Origin: Nannocystis bainbridge
GTDB taxonomy: Bacteria; Myxococcota_A; Polyangia; Nannocystales; Nannocystaceae
Direction of reading: 5' to 3'
Assembly (NCBI RefSeq): GCF_028368995.1
Contig: NZ_JAQNDL010000001.1
Coordinates: 800,001-864,000 of the forward strand
DNA: 64,000 nucleotides
A model generated the notes under the pieces. That model ran no database searches. It was not told the origin of the DNA and saw only the letters and a program-made list of their open reading frames with translations. A program made the translations under genes and the position numbers. Below, one piece after another: positions 10,460-19,457 of this stretch (the stretch's first letter is position 1; every line of letters starts with the position of its first letter).

Positions 10460-11370
10460 TGGCAAGATCGCACCTGGCGAATCACGCCAGCGCAGCAAGA
10501 GTTTTCCTCGTCGGTGACGAGCGCGGCGCGGCGGTCGGGATCGCTGTCGAGGTGGCGATAGAGTGGGGGCCCGTCCCGGGTCACGAGGTCGACGCGGCCG
10601 CCCGTGTCGGCGCCGCTGAACATCGCCAGCTCACCGGGCAATACCTCCGGCTCGCCCCACACGCGGGCCTCGACGTTCCGTACGAGCACGGCGGAGCCCG
10701 ACACCGGATCGATCACGAAGTCGAGGCGGCCGTCGCCGTCGAAGTCGCCGACGTGTAAGGCCGCGTCGTCCCACCGGGTACGCTCGCAATCGGCTGCCAG
10801 GGTTTCGTAGCGGCGGGGCTCGGCGGTAACCGTAGGCAATGGACAGCTCGCTCTGCATGTCGGCTCGGCCATCGGCGTCGACGTCGTCGAGGTCGAGGTC
10901 CGCGCTGGCGAACGCCCTCGCGGGCCCGGAGAACACGACGAGAGGGGCGGCCCACCCCGGCTGACTGTCGGGCGGACGAGGTGTGCACTGACCTCCTCGC
11001 GCCCGAGCGCGACGACGTCGAACTGCGCGCCGGGACAGGCGAACACCATCTTGGTGCCATAGCGAAGGTTGTGACCTCGGGTCTCCGTCGACGTCGCGCA
11101 GGACCGTCGGCGCATGCACGGGCTCGAAGGTCGCCTGCGGCGCGTCGTCGACGAGCCCGGCGACCACGAACGCCTGGTCGCCGGTCAGCTCGTGCACCCC
11201 GTCGGGCTCGCCGGTGGTGGTCGTGGTGGTGGGGTCCGGCAAGATCACCGGTCATCGTCACCGCCGCGGTCGCCGAGCTGCGTCGCTGCGGCCGCCGCTG
11301 TCGCCGCTGGCCGCCAGAGCGAGCAGACCGAGGCACACACGAATCGTCTTGCAGTCACGGATGCGAATCA
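10460..11370 (-). pseudogene. Frameshifted FG-GAP/VCBS-repeat lipoprotein remnant
   Basis: Pieces in different minus frames: signal-like VCLGLLALAASGD, linker DPTTTTTTGEPD, repeats DVDGD, DVDADGRADM, VGDFDGDGRLDF; no single continuous ORF. Confidence 0.6.
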
Positions 11371-11554
11371 GCCCTCGATCGCCGCACTGTCGCGGAGAAC
11401 CGGACGCAAGCGGCGCGCGGGCCCGTGCACGGCCTCGCACGGGGGTAGGACCCCGGGGCCGCGGGCCCGCATCGCCCCGTTGCAGCGCTGTCATGACCCG
11501 GCGATCCACGCCGACGCGGTTGCGCGAGGCGGCGCCGTACGTCATCGTCGCAGG

Positions 11555-11932
11555 GTGAGCGGCCGTTCCCGTCCTGCCCGCGCCGGCTTCGTCGTCCTCC
11601 TCGCGGCCCTCGTCGCCCTCGTCGCCGGCTACCTCAACGACTGCTTCGTCGGCTTCGGCTTGTCCCCGAACGCGGGCTCGCCTGCGCCGGCCGCCGAGTC
11701 GGCCAAGCCCGCCGCGACCCCGGCGCAGACGAGGGTCCGCGTCGTCGTCCAGGGCGAGCAGTGCCGCCTCGGCGAGGCCAGCGAGGCGCGAGCCTGCGAC
11801 GCCGTGTGCGCCGACCAGGCCGCCGGCACCACCGTCGAGATCGAGGCCACCGCCGGCTCGCAGCGCGCCGTCGAGGCCCTGCGCGCCTGCCTGCAGGGCC
11901 GCGGCGCCAAGGCCCAGGTCGTATCGGAGTAG
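11555..11932 (+). CDS. Single-TM protein with a Cys-containing periplasmic domain (possibly ExbD-like fold)
   Basis: GTG 11555; TM FVVLLAALVALVAGYL; C-terminal VEIEATAGSQRAVEALRACLQGRG; 3 bp before the next gene. Confidence 0.7.
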   Translation: MSGRSRPARAGFVVLLAALVALVAGYLNDCFVGFGLSPNAGSPAPAAESAKPAATPAQTRVRVVVQGEQCRLGEASEARACDAVCADQAAGTTVEIEATAGSQRAVEALRACLQGRGAKAQVVSE

Positions 11933-11935
11933 CGC

Positions 11936-12502
11936 GTGTTCTGGCAGGCGCTGTTCGACCCCTTCAGCATCGTCGTCCTCGCCGCCGTCCTGGCGATGAC
12001 CGCCCTGTCGCTCGGCTGGCTGGCCGGCGCGGCCCGTCACCGCGACGTGCTCGCCGGCGGCCTCGTCGTCCTGCGCAAGATCGGCGCCCAGCTGGCCGAA
12101 AACCACCCGATCCGCCGCCGCCTCGAATCGGCCCCGGTGGTCGACCTCTCGTTCGAAGAGCTCGCCCGCCTCCTCAGCGGCCAGCAGGTCGAGCCGGCCG
12201 CGCGCGCGCTGATCCGCCTCGGCGAGCGGATCTCGTGGATCGAGCGGTTCGCCCAGCTGGCGGTGCACCTCGGGATCCTCGGCACCGTGTTCGCGCTGGT
12301 AAGCTCCGATCCGACCGACCTCGAGGGCTTCCGCGCCAGCCTGCCGATGGCCCTCGGCACCACCTTCTGGGGCCTCATCGGCGCGATCGCCCTGTCGCTG
12401 GTCGCCGGCGCCTGCGAGACCCTGCTCGAGCGCGCCTCGCAGCACGTGCGCGAGGCCCTGCTCGAGGGCCTCGAGCACCCGCCCGCGAGGCCCGAGCCGT
12501 GA
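11936..12502 (+). CDS. MotA/TolQ/ExbB proton-channel family protein
   Basis: Three TMs; AVHLGILGTVFAL and ALGTTFWGLIGAI match the ExbB/TolQ TM2-TM3 signature. Confidence 0.82.
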   Translation: MFWQALFDPFSIVVLAAVLAMTALSLGWLAGAARHRDVLAGGLVVLRKIGAQLAENHPIRRRLESAPVVDLSFEELARLLSGQQVEPAARALIRLGERISWIERFAQLAVHLGILGTVFALVSSDPTDLEGFRASLPMALGTTFWGLIGAIALSLVAGACETLLERASQHVREALLEGLEHPPARPEP

Positions 12503-13263
12503 AGCGCCGCCGTCGCCACGCCCTCGACCTGCTGCCGCTGCTCGACGTCTTCATGGTCGTGCTGTTCGTGTTCGCCACCATTCAGGAGGGCCAGCTCGAC
12601 GCCTCGACCGCCACCACCGCGGCCCTGCAGGCCGAGCTGCAGCAGCTGCGCGCGCAGCAGGTCGACCCCGCCGAGCTCGCGCGACTACGGCAGCAGGACG
12701 ACCCCACCGAGCTGGCGCAGCTGCGGCAGCAGCACGCCGCGGCCAGGGCCGAGGCCGAGGCCGCGCGGGCCGAGCTGGCGCGCGCGAGCGAGGCCCAGAC
12801 CGAGCTGCGGACCGCCCTCGCCGCGCTGCGCACCGCCACCGAGCAGGCCGCCGCGACCGCCACCACCTCCGGCGCCGAAGTCCTGCGCCGGCAGGAGGTC
12901 CTGGCGCGCCTGCTCGATCACTTCTCGGTGTTCGAGATCGAGGTCGACGGCGAGCTGGTCGGCGACGCCGTCGTCAACCATTGCTGCTACCGCACCGAGC
13001 CGCTCGCCGGGGCCTGGAAGCCGTGCGGCGTGGTGCCCGCGGCGCTCGGCGAGCTGCAGGACTGGCTCGCCGACGGCGGCGCCGGCCTGGTCGACGCCCT
13101 GCGCCGGACTCGCGGCGGCAACGCGATGACGATCGTGCGCCAGGACGAGGCCGCGACCTGGCGGGTCGCCCGCAAGCTCGAGGAGCACCTGCGCGAGCGC
13201 TTCCCCGAGCACAAGATCTACGGCGAGGGCGTCGCGACCCACTCGCTCGCCTGCCCCCGCTGA
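12499..13263 (+). CDS. ExbD/TolR/MotB-like partner with long coiled coil
   Basis: GTGA overlap with the ExbB-like gene; [19 protein letters not shown] with the conserved Asp; Ala/Gln coiled coil; C-terminal domain with Cys. Confidence 0.75.
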   Translation: MKRRRRHALDLLPLLDVFMVVLFVFATIQEGQLDASTATTAALQAELQQLRAQQVDPAELARLRQQDDPTELAQLRQQHAAARAEAEAARAELARASEAQTELRTALAALRTATEQAAATATTSGAEVLRRQEVLARLLDHFSVFEIEVDGELVGDAVVNHCCYRTEPLAGAWKPCGVVPAALGELQDWLADGGAGLVDALRRTRGGNAMTIVRQDEAATWRVARKLEEHLRERFPEHKIYGEGVATHSLACPR

Positions 13264-13271
13264 GCCACCGC

Positions 13272-13365
13272 GCACATGGCCCAAGAGGCATGTCTTCTCG
13301 GACATGCCCCTTCGAGCATGCCCGATACGACATGCGCTCCTGAGCATGTCCCAAAGGCCATCCCA
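13272..13365. repeat. 14-bp phased RRRCATGYYY array
   Basis: CATG at 13275, 13289, 13303, 13317, 13331, 13345; CATC at 13359. Confidence 0.93.
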
Positions 13366-13618
13366 TCGCCGCGACCCTGCCGACCCGCCGCGCAGCGCCT
13401 CGCGGCCACGCGCCAGCCCGCCGGAGCGTCGGGCCCCAAGACAGCCCCGATCCCCGCGCCCGCAGCGCGTGCGCGAACTCAACCTTCCGCGCCAGCGGCG
13501 ACCAGGCCCCGGGCAGCGACGCGGGCGCCCTCGCGGCCCGTCAGCGGCGACGGCGCGACGGCCCGTGGACCGTTGCCAGCGGCCCCCCTGGCCGCGCAAG
13601 CTCGTGGCCGCCGCCGCC

Positions 13619-15535
13619 ATGACCGACGACATTCACGCCTATCTCGAGCGCCACCAGCAGAAGGAGCTCCTGCGTCTCTTGACCTGCGGCAGCGTCGACG
13701 ACGGCAAGTCGACCCTGATCGGCCGGCTGATGCACGACACGCGGGCGATCTACGAGGACCAGCTGGCGGCGATCCGGCGCGACAGCGTGCGCCAGGGGAC
13801 CACCGGCGGCGAGCTCGACCTGGCGCTGCTGACCGACGGCCTGCGGGCCGAGCGCGAGCAGGGCATCACCATCGACGTCGCCTACCGCTACTTCAGCACC
13901 GACCGGCGCAAGTTCATCATCGCCGACTGCCCCGGGCACGAGCAGTACACCCGCAACATGGCGACCGGGGCCAGCACCTGCCAGCTCGCCATCATCCTGA
14001 TCGACGCGCGCCACGGCGTCATGCCGCAGACCCGGCGGCACAGCTTCATCTGCAGCCTCCTCGGCATCAAGCACCTGGTCGTCGCCGTCAACAAGATGGA
14101 CCTCGTGGGCTTCGACGAGGCCGTCTTCGAGGACATCCGGCGCGCCTACACCGACTTCGCCGCCGGCCTGCAGATCCACGACATCACCTTCATCCCGATG
14201 TCCGCGCGCGAGGGCGACAACGTCGTCGAGGCCGGCGAGCGCATGCCGTGGTACCAGGGCCCGCCGCTGCTGGCCCACCTCGAGACCGTGCACATCGCCA
14301 GCGACCGCAACCTCCGCGACCTCCGCTTGCCCGTGCAGCTGGTCCTGCGGCCGAGCCACGACTTCCGCGGCTTCGCCGGCTCGATCGCCTCCGGCGTCCT
14401 GCGCGTCGGTGACGAGGTCGTCGTCCTGCCGTCGCGCGCGCGCTCGACCGTCAAGCGGCTCGTCACCTTCGACGGCGACCTCGACGAGGCCTACGCGCCG
14501 ATGGCCGTCACCGTCGTGCTCGCCGACGAGGTCGACGTCAGCCGCGGCGACGTCATCGTCCGCCCCGGCGGCGAGCCGCAGCAGGCCAGCGAGGTCGAGG
14601 CCATGATCGTGTGGATGGACGAGCGGCCGCTGGTGCGCGGGCGCAGCTACCTGGTCAAGCACAACACCCGCACCGTGCCCGGCGAGCTCGAGGCCGTCCT
14701 TCACCGCGTCGACATCGCCACCCTCGATCGCCGCCCGGCCGACAGCCTGGCGATGAACGAGATCGGCCGCTGCCGGCTCGGCCTGCACCGCCCGATCGAC
14801 TTCGATCCGTACACCGTCAATCAGGCCACCGGCGGCTTCATCCTCATCGACCGCGCCACCAACGGCACCGTCGGCGCCGGCATGCTCTGTGATCGAGGCG
14901 ACCGCGGCGGCATCGGCGATTCGTGGGCCGCGCCCGGCGTCGAAGAGGGCGGCCGCGATCCTCGCAGCGCGGTCGCGCGTGAGGCCCGCGAGGCCCGCTT
15001 CGGCCAGCGCGCCGTCACCCTCTTGCTGACCGGCCTGCCCGGCTCCGGCAAGGCCACCCTCGCCTACGCGCTCGAGCAGCGGCTGTTCGCCGCCGGCCGC
15101 GCCGTCACCGTGCTCCACGGCCCGGCCATGCGCCGCGGCCTCGCGCGCGACCTCGGTTACACCGCCGACGACCGCAGCGAGAACCTGCGCCGCGCCGCCG
15201 AGGTCGCTCGCCTCTTCAACGAGGCCGGCCTGCTGTGCATCTGCGCCTTCGTGGCCCCGCACGAGGCCGTGCGCGCCCGGGCCCGCCAGGTCATCGGCGA
15301 CGGCCGTGTGCTCGAGGTCCACCTCTCGGCCCCGCTCGAAGTCTGCCGCGCGCGCGACCGCACCGGCATGTACGCCCGCGCCGACGCCGGCGAGCTCAAG
15401 GCCTTCCCCGGGGTCAGCGCCGCCTACGAGGCCCCCGCCCGCCCCGACCTGGTCCTGCCGACCCACGAGCTCGACGAGGCCGCCTGCGTCGACGCTCTGG
15501 TCGAGCTGCTGCGCTCGCGCGGCGCTCTCGGCTGA
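13619..15535 (+). CDS. cysNC: Sulfate adenylyltransferase subunit 1 fused to an APS-kinase domain (CysNC)
   Basis: [47 protein letters not shown]; C-terminal GLPGSGK...DRSENLRR...[11 protein letters not shown]. Confidence 0.96.
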   Translation: MTDDIHAYLERHQQKELLRLLTCGSVDDGKSTLIGRLMHDTRAIYEDQLAAIRRDSVRQGTTGGELDLALLTDGLRAEREQGITIDVAYRYFSTDRRKFIIADCPGHEQYTRNMATGASTCQLAIILIDARHGVMPQTRRHSFICSLLGIKHLVVAVNKMDLVGFDEAVFEDIRRAYTDFAAGLQIHDITFIPMSAREGDNVVEAGERMPWYQGPPLLAHLETVHIASDRNLRDLRLPVQLVLRPSHDFRGFAGSIASGVLRVGDEVVVLPSRARSTVKRLVTFDGDLDEAYAPMAVTVVLADEVDVSRGDVIVRPGGEPQQASEVEAMIVWMDERPLVRGRSYLVKHNTRTVPGELEAVLHRVDIATLDRRPADSLAMNEIGRCRLGLHRPIDFDPYTVNQATGGFILIDRATNGTVGAGMLCDRGDRGGIGDSWAAPGVEEGGRDPRSAVAREAREARFGQRAVTLLLTGLPGSGKATLAYALEQRLFAAGRAVTVLHGPAMRRGLARDLGYTADDRSENLRRAAEVARLFNEAGLLCICAFVAPHEAVRARARQVIGDGRVLEVHLSAPLEVCRARDRTGMYARADAGELKAFPGVSAAYEAPARPDLVLPTHELDEAACVDALVELLRSRGALG

Positions 15536-15659
15536 CCTGCGCGTCGGGACCCTCGCGTCACGCTCGCGCGCGGCCTGCGACAGCAGGCCCGAACGCGGGG
15601 CCCGGCGAGCGCGCCGGACCCAGGCATGGAGCCCGGCGAGCGCGCCCACGCCGGGCGTC

Positions 15660-15697
15660 ACACCTGTCCCTTGCGACCTGCCCCTTCGGACAGGCTC
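15660..15697. repeat. Degenerate 14-bp phased array (CCTG/CAGG cores)
   Basis: CCTG 15663, CCTG 15677, CAGG 15691 with purine/pyrimidine flanks. Confidence 0.65.
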
Positions 15698-15730
15698 GCC
15701 GCCTCGCAGCGATCCTGCTATCCTGAGACT

Positions 15731-16309
15731 ATGGTCGATCCCGGCTCGCCCGTCCTCCCGCGCCACAGCGCCGCCCTCGGCCTCACCCTGTTCTCCGCCA
15801 TCGCCCTGCCGATCATCGGCGACGCCAGCCTGCTCGACTGGCTGCTGGCGATCGGCGCGCGCGATCCGGTCGCCGCCGTGTTCAGCCTCATCACCTTCGG
15901 CTCGCCGTTCCTGTTCGGCCTCGCCGTCGCCGCCGCCGGCCTGATGCGCGATCGCCAGCGCGCCGCCAGGATCATCGAGCTCCCGCTGTCGCTGACCCAC
16001 GCCCTCCTGGCGCTCCACGCCATCGCGCTGATCCAGGCCCCCGGCATCCCGATGCGGGTGTCGTTCATCGGCTTCACCGCCGTGGCCTGCATCTACTACA
16101 TCTACACCAAGGCCGAAGCCGAGGCCTCCGACCGCCCGGTCGGCGCGCGCTGGCTGACCCGCTGGGGCGGCGTCGTGCTGACCGGCACCACGCTCTGGAT
16201 GCACTTCCAGACCTTCGGCCACCGCCCGTTCGGCCTCGCCATTCACGTCATCCTCGCCGCCGCGTTCCTGCTCGCCGCCACCACCCCGCGCGAGCCCGCG
16301 AGCGCGTAG
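15731..16309 (+). CDS. Hypothetical integral membrane protein (about 6 TM)
   Basis: ATG preceded by TGcTATCCT; strongly hydrophobic; GC3-rich codons. Confidence 0.82.
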   Translation: MVDPGSPVLPRHSAALGLTLFSAIALPIIGDASLLDWLLAIGARDPVAAVFSLITFGSPFLFGLAVAAAGLMRDRQRAARIIELPLSLTHALLALHAIALIQAPGIPMRVSFIGFTAVACIYYIYTKAEAEASDRPVGARWLTRWGGVVLTGTTLWMHFQTFGHRPFGLAIHVILAAAFLLAATTPREPASA

Positions 16310-16520
16310 CGCCGCGATCGTCACCCAGCGACTCGCGATCCCGACTGGCGCTTCGCCAGTGGTCGCTCCCCGCGCACGCGCCAGTTCCCCGGACCGCCGC
16401 ATTGCCACCTGTCCTCTGAGACAGCCAGCGCCCGCCATCGCGCCCGGGGCCGCGCCGCTCGCGTGACATCGCCCGCCGAAGCCGCTTGCCTTCGGCGCCC
16501 TCGCCGTCGACCCTGGGGCC

Positions 16521-16940
16521 GTGATCCGACTCCTCTTCGTCCTCGCGCTGACCGCCTGCGAATCCCGGGGCGCCGCGGGCTCGCAGTGTTCGGCCGACGC
16601 CGACTGCAAGGACGGCCTCGCCTGTGTGCTCTCGGTCTGCGCCGACCCTGCCCTCTCCGGCCCCGTCGACGCGGCCCGCAAGAAGGCCCAGGAGCACCAG
16701 AAGCGCCTCCAGGAGGCCCAGCAGGAGGTCGCGGCGGAGCGCGCCAAGCTGGCGGGCGGCGACGAGCTCGAGGTCCTCGAGAAAGAGCTCGAGGGCCTCA
16801 AGAAGTCCCGCAAGGACGCCGAGCCCTACCTGGACTCCGGCTCGGAGCAGGATCGCCAGATGATCCGCAACACCATCCAGAACCTCGACGACGCCATCGC
16901 GGCGCACGAGGCCAAGATCGCGGCGCTCAAGGCTCGCTGA
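16521..16940 (+). CDS. Lipoprotein with small Cys knot and coiled coil
   Basis: Lipobox LTAC; CSADADCKDGLACVLSVC; Glu/Lys coiled coil. Confidence 0.82.
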   Translation: MIRLLFVLALTACESRGAAGSQCSADADCKDGLACVLSVCADPALSGPVDAARKKAQEHQKRLQEAQQEVAAERAKLAGGDELEVLEKELEGLKKSRKDAEPYLDSGSEQDRQMIRNTIQNLDDAIAAHEAKIAALKAR

Positions 16941-17192
16941 GACCGCGTCCGAAATTCTCGCCCCGAGAGGATGCGCCGCGCGTGTGATCCGGATCGCAGA
17001 ATCGACGCACCGGGCTGCGGCCACGCGCAGGCGCTCCCCCCGCGGCGCGGACGCCCCGCCGACGTCGCATGTCCCGAAGGACATCTCCAGATCGCCGCGA
17101 GCCCGGCCGCAGCCGGTCTCTCCAGCGCTCCGTCGCCCCGGCGCGGCCTGCCATGATTCGCCGGCCGGTGGTTCATTCGTATCTTCGGACGC

Positions 17193-18767
17193 ATGTCACG
17201 TCGCGTCGTCTTGCTGGTCGCCGCCACGGTCTCGTGCACCCGGCCCAACCCTTACTTCGCGCTCTCGGAGGGCGATCCGGCGCCGGTCGACGACGACGAC
17301 GACAGCCCTGACGACGGCGAAGCCCCGAGCGACAGCGGCGGCCCCACGACCGGCGTCACCACCGGCAGCGCCTCGACCGACGATCCCGATCACACCGGCT
17401 CGACGACCTCGACGACCAGCGAAGGCGCCTGCACCGACGATTGCCCCGCGCCCGCCGACGATTGCGAGGACGCCCTCGAGTGCGCCGGCAAGCTCGAATG
17501 GTTGCGCCGCAGCGGCGACGCGGCGATCCAGCGAGCCACCGACGTCGCCGTGCTGTCCGACGGCAGCGTGGTCGTCGTCGGCGAGTTCACCGGCGAGCTC
17601 GGCACCGCCCCCGACGTGATCGTCGCTCCTGCCGATCCGCTCGCGGGCGACAGCTTCGTCCTGCGCCTCGATCCCGCCGGCGAGCCGCTGTGGATCCGTC
17701 ACTTCGCCGGCGCCGGCCTGCAGCGAATCAGCGCCGTCGTCGCGCTCTCCGACGATCGGATCGCCGTCGCCGGCTCGTTCACCGGCCAGCTCTTGCTCGA
17801 TCCGCATCAGCTCGACGGCCTCGGCTCCCGGCCCGCCTTTGTCGCAGTCCTCGAACCCGACGGCGCCACCGCGATCCTCCACCCGATCGGCGGCGACGAC
17901 GTCGAGGCCCTCGACCTCGCGCGCACGCCCGCCGACGACCTCGTGGTCGTCGGCGATCACGACGGCGACATCGTCATCGCCGGCGACAAGACCAGCAGCC
18001 TCGATCGCGACCTCTTCGCCATCGGCCTCGATCCCGTCGCCGGCCCGACCTGGAGCTGGCTGCCGCTCGCGCCCGCCGATCAGACCGCCCACGCCGTCGC
18101 CGTCGCGCCCACCGGCGCCGTGTTGCTCGCCGGCGAGCTCGAGAGCGGCCTGCAGATCGCCGACATCAACCTCCTGGGTCAGGGCCGCGACGGCTTCCTC
18201 GCCGGCCTCGACGTCGAGGGTGTCCCGCAGTGGGGCGCCCAGCTCGGCGGTCCGGGCGACGATCGCGTGCGCGCGCTCGCGGCCGCGCCCGACGGCAGCT
18301 TCGTCGTCGCCGGCATCCACGGCGGCGGCCTCGACCTGGGCGACGGACCGCTGCCCACCCCGGCCGCTGGCGAGCTCGGTGGTTACCTCGCCGCCATCGA
18401 CCCCGACGGCGACCTGCTCTGGGCCCGCAGCGGCTTCATCCTCGGCGCCGAGCCGCCGGGCCTCGCCGTCGATCCCACCGGCCGCGTGCTCGCCTACTTG
18501 CCGCTCGGCGCCCAGCCGATCGATCTCGGCAGCGGCCCGCTCGGCGACGCGCCCGGGGCCCTGCTCGTCAAGCTCACCAGCGGCGGCAACTTCGTCTGGG
18601 GTCGGCACCTCGTCGGCGCCCTCGCGCCCGCCGGTCCTGGCCTCGGCGTCGGCCCTGCCGGCGAGATCGCCATCGCCGGCGCATTCGCCTCCGAGCTCAC
18701 CCACGACCCCCTGCAGGTCGTCTCCGCCGGCGCGCTCGACGTCTACGCCGGTCGCTTCCTGCCCTGA
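17193..18767 (+). CDS. Beta-propeller lipoprotein (SBBP-like repeats)
   Basis: Lipobox TVSC; Asp/Thr linker; repeated 'VAV..DG.VVVVG.F.G' and 'D.FV..LD..G..LW' blades. Confidence 0.85.
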   Translation: MSRRVVLLVAATVSCTRPNPYFALSEGDPAPVDDDDDSPDDGEAPSDSGGPTTGVTTGSASTDDPDHTGSTTSTTSEGACTDDCPAPADDCEDALECAGKLEWLRRSGDAAIQRATDVAVLSDGSVVVVGEFTGELGTAPDVIVAPADPLAGDSFVLRLDPAGEPLWIRHFAGAGLQRISAVVALSDDRIAVAGSFTGQLLLDPHQLDGLGSRPAFVAVLEPDGATAILHPIGGDDVEALDLARTPADDLVVVGDHDGDIVIAGDKTSSLDRDLFAIGLDPVAGPTWSWLPLAPADQTAHAVAVAPTGAVLLAGELESGLQIADINLLGQGRDGFLAGLDVEGVPQWGAQLGGPGDDRVRALAAAPDGSFVVAGIHGGGLDLGDGPLPTPAAGELGGYLAAIDPDGDLLWARSGFILGAEPPGLAVDPTGRVLAYLPLGAQPIDLGSGPLGDAPGALLVKLTSGGNFVWGRHLVGALAPAGPGLGVGPAGEIAIAGAFASELTHDPLQVVSAGALDVYAGRFLP

Positions 18768-18779
18768 CCGCGGAGCCCT

Positions 18780-19457
18780 ATGCTGCCGTTGACGCCCCCC
18801 CTCATGAACGACCTCGCCGCCACCTGGAGCCGCTGGAAGGAGGACACCTTCGGCACTGGTTATCACATCTGGCACGAGGGCCTCGACGTCGCGGCCGTCA
18901 CCAGGCTCAAAGGACAGGCGCGGACCCGGGCCCTCGCCATGTTGCAGCTCGGCCGCTCGCTCGGCGACGACCACGCCTCCGAGGCCCTCGCCGCCATGCG
19001 TGACCCACCGACCCTCGAAGCCATGCGGGTCCGCCTCGACGGCGGCGATCCTCCCCTCGATCCGTCCACCCGCGTCCGCTTCGTCCGCGCCCTCCACGAC
19101 GTCGCGCCCGACCCGCGGCTCGCCGATCACCTCGTCGCCATCCTCCAATCAACCTGGTCCAAAGGACAGCCATGGTCCGCGCGGGTCGACGCCGCCATGG
19201 CCCTGCGCGTCTTCGCCGGCCCGGCCGACGAGGCCGCCCTCCTCCACGCCGTCGCCGATCCCAGCTACCTCGTCCGCAGCCACGCCTGCGACTCGCTGCT
19301 GCACCGCTGGGGCGTCCGGCGGCGCCGGATCAGCGATCATCCGGCCCTGTTCGCGCTGATCCGCGGCCCTGACGACGACACCGTCCCGACCGCCGACGAC
19401 CTCGCGCGCTTCGCCGAGGCCCGGCGACGCCTGCAGGCCCTGCGCCCCGATCAATAA
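18780..19457 (+). CDS. HEAT-repeat-like hypothetical protein
   Basis: Helical repeats RVDAAMAL, LLHAVADPSYLVRSHACDSL; start may be 18804. Confidence 0.72.
   Translation: MLPLTPPLMNDLAATWSRWKEDTFGTGYHIWHEGLDVAAVTRLKGQARTRALAMLQLGRSLGDDHASEALAAMRDPPTLEAMRVRLDGGDPPLDPSTRVRFVRALHDVAPDPRLADHLVAILQSTWSKGQPWSARVDAAMALRVFAGPADEAALLHAVADPSYLVRSHACDSLLHRWGVRRRRISDHPALFALIRGPDDDTVPTADDLARFAEARRRLQALRPDQ

Noticed and set aside
11936-13263. Zorya (ZorAB) defence system
   Set aside because: The A-like subunit lacks the long cytoplasmic tail, the B-like subunit shows no clear OmpA motif, and there are no zorC/D/E; kept only as an unclassified motor.
13541-16813. Very long antisense or alternate-frame ORFs (e.g. 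13541-16813 minus, 57970-61971 minus, 55809-59507 plus, 106-1821 plus)
   Set aside because: Shadow ORFs from high GC3 bias; Arg/Ala/Gly-rich, no motifs, and they overlap well-supported genes.
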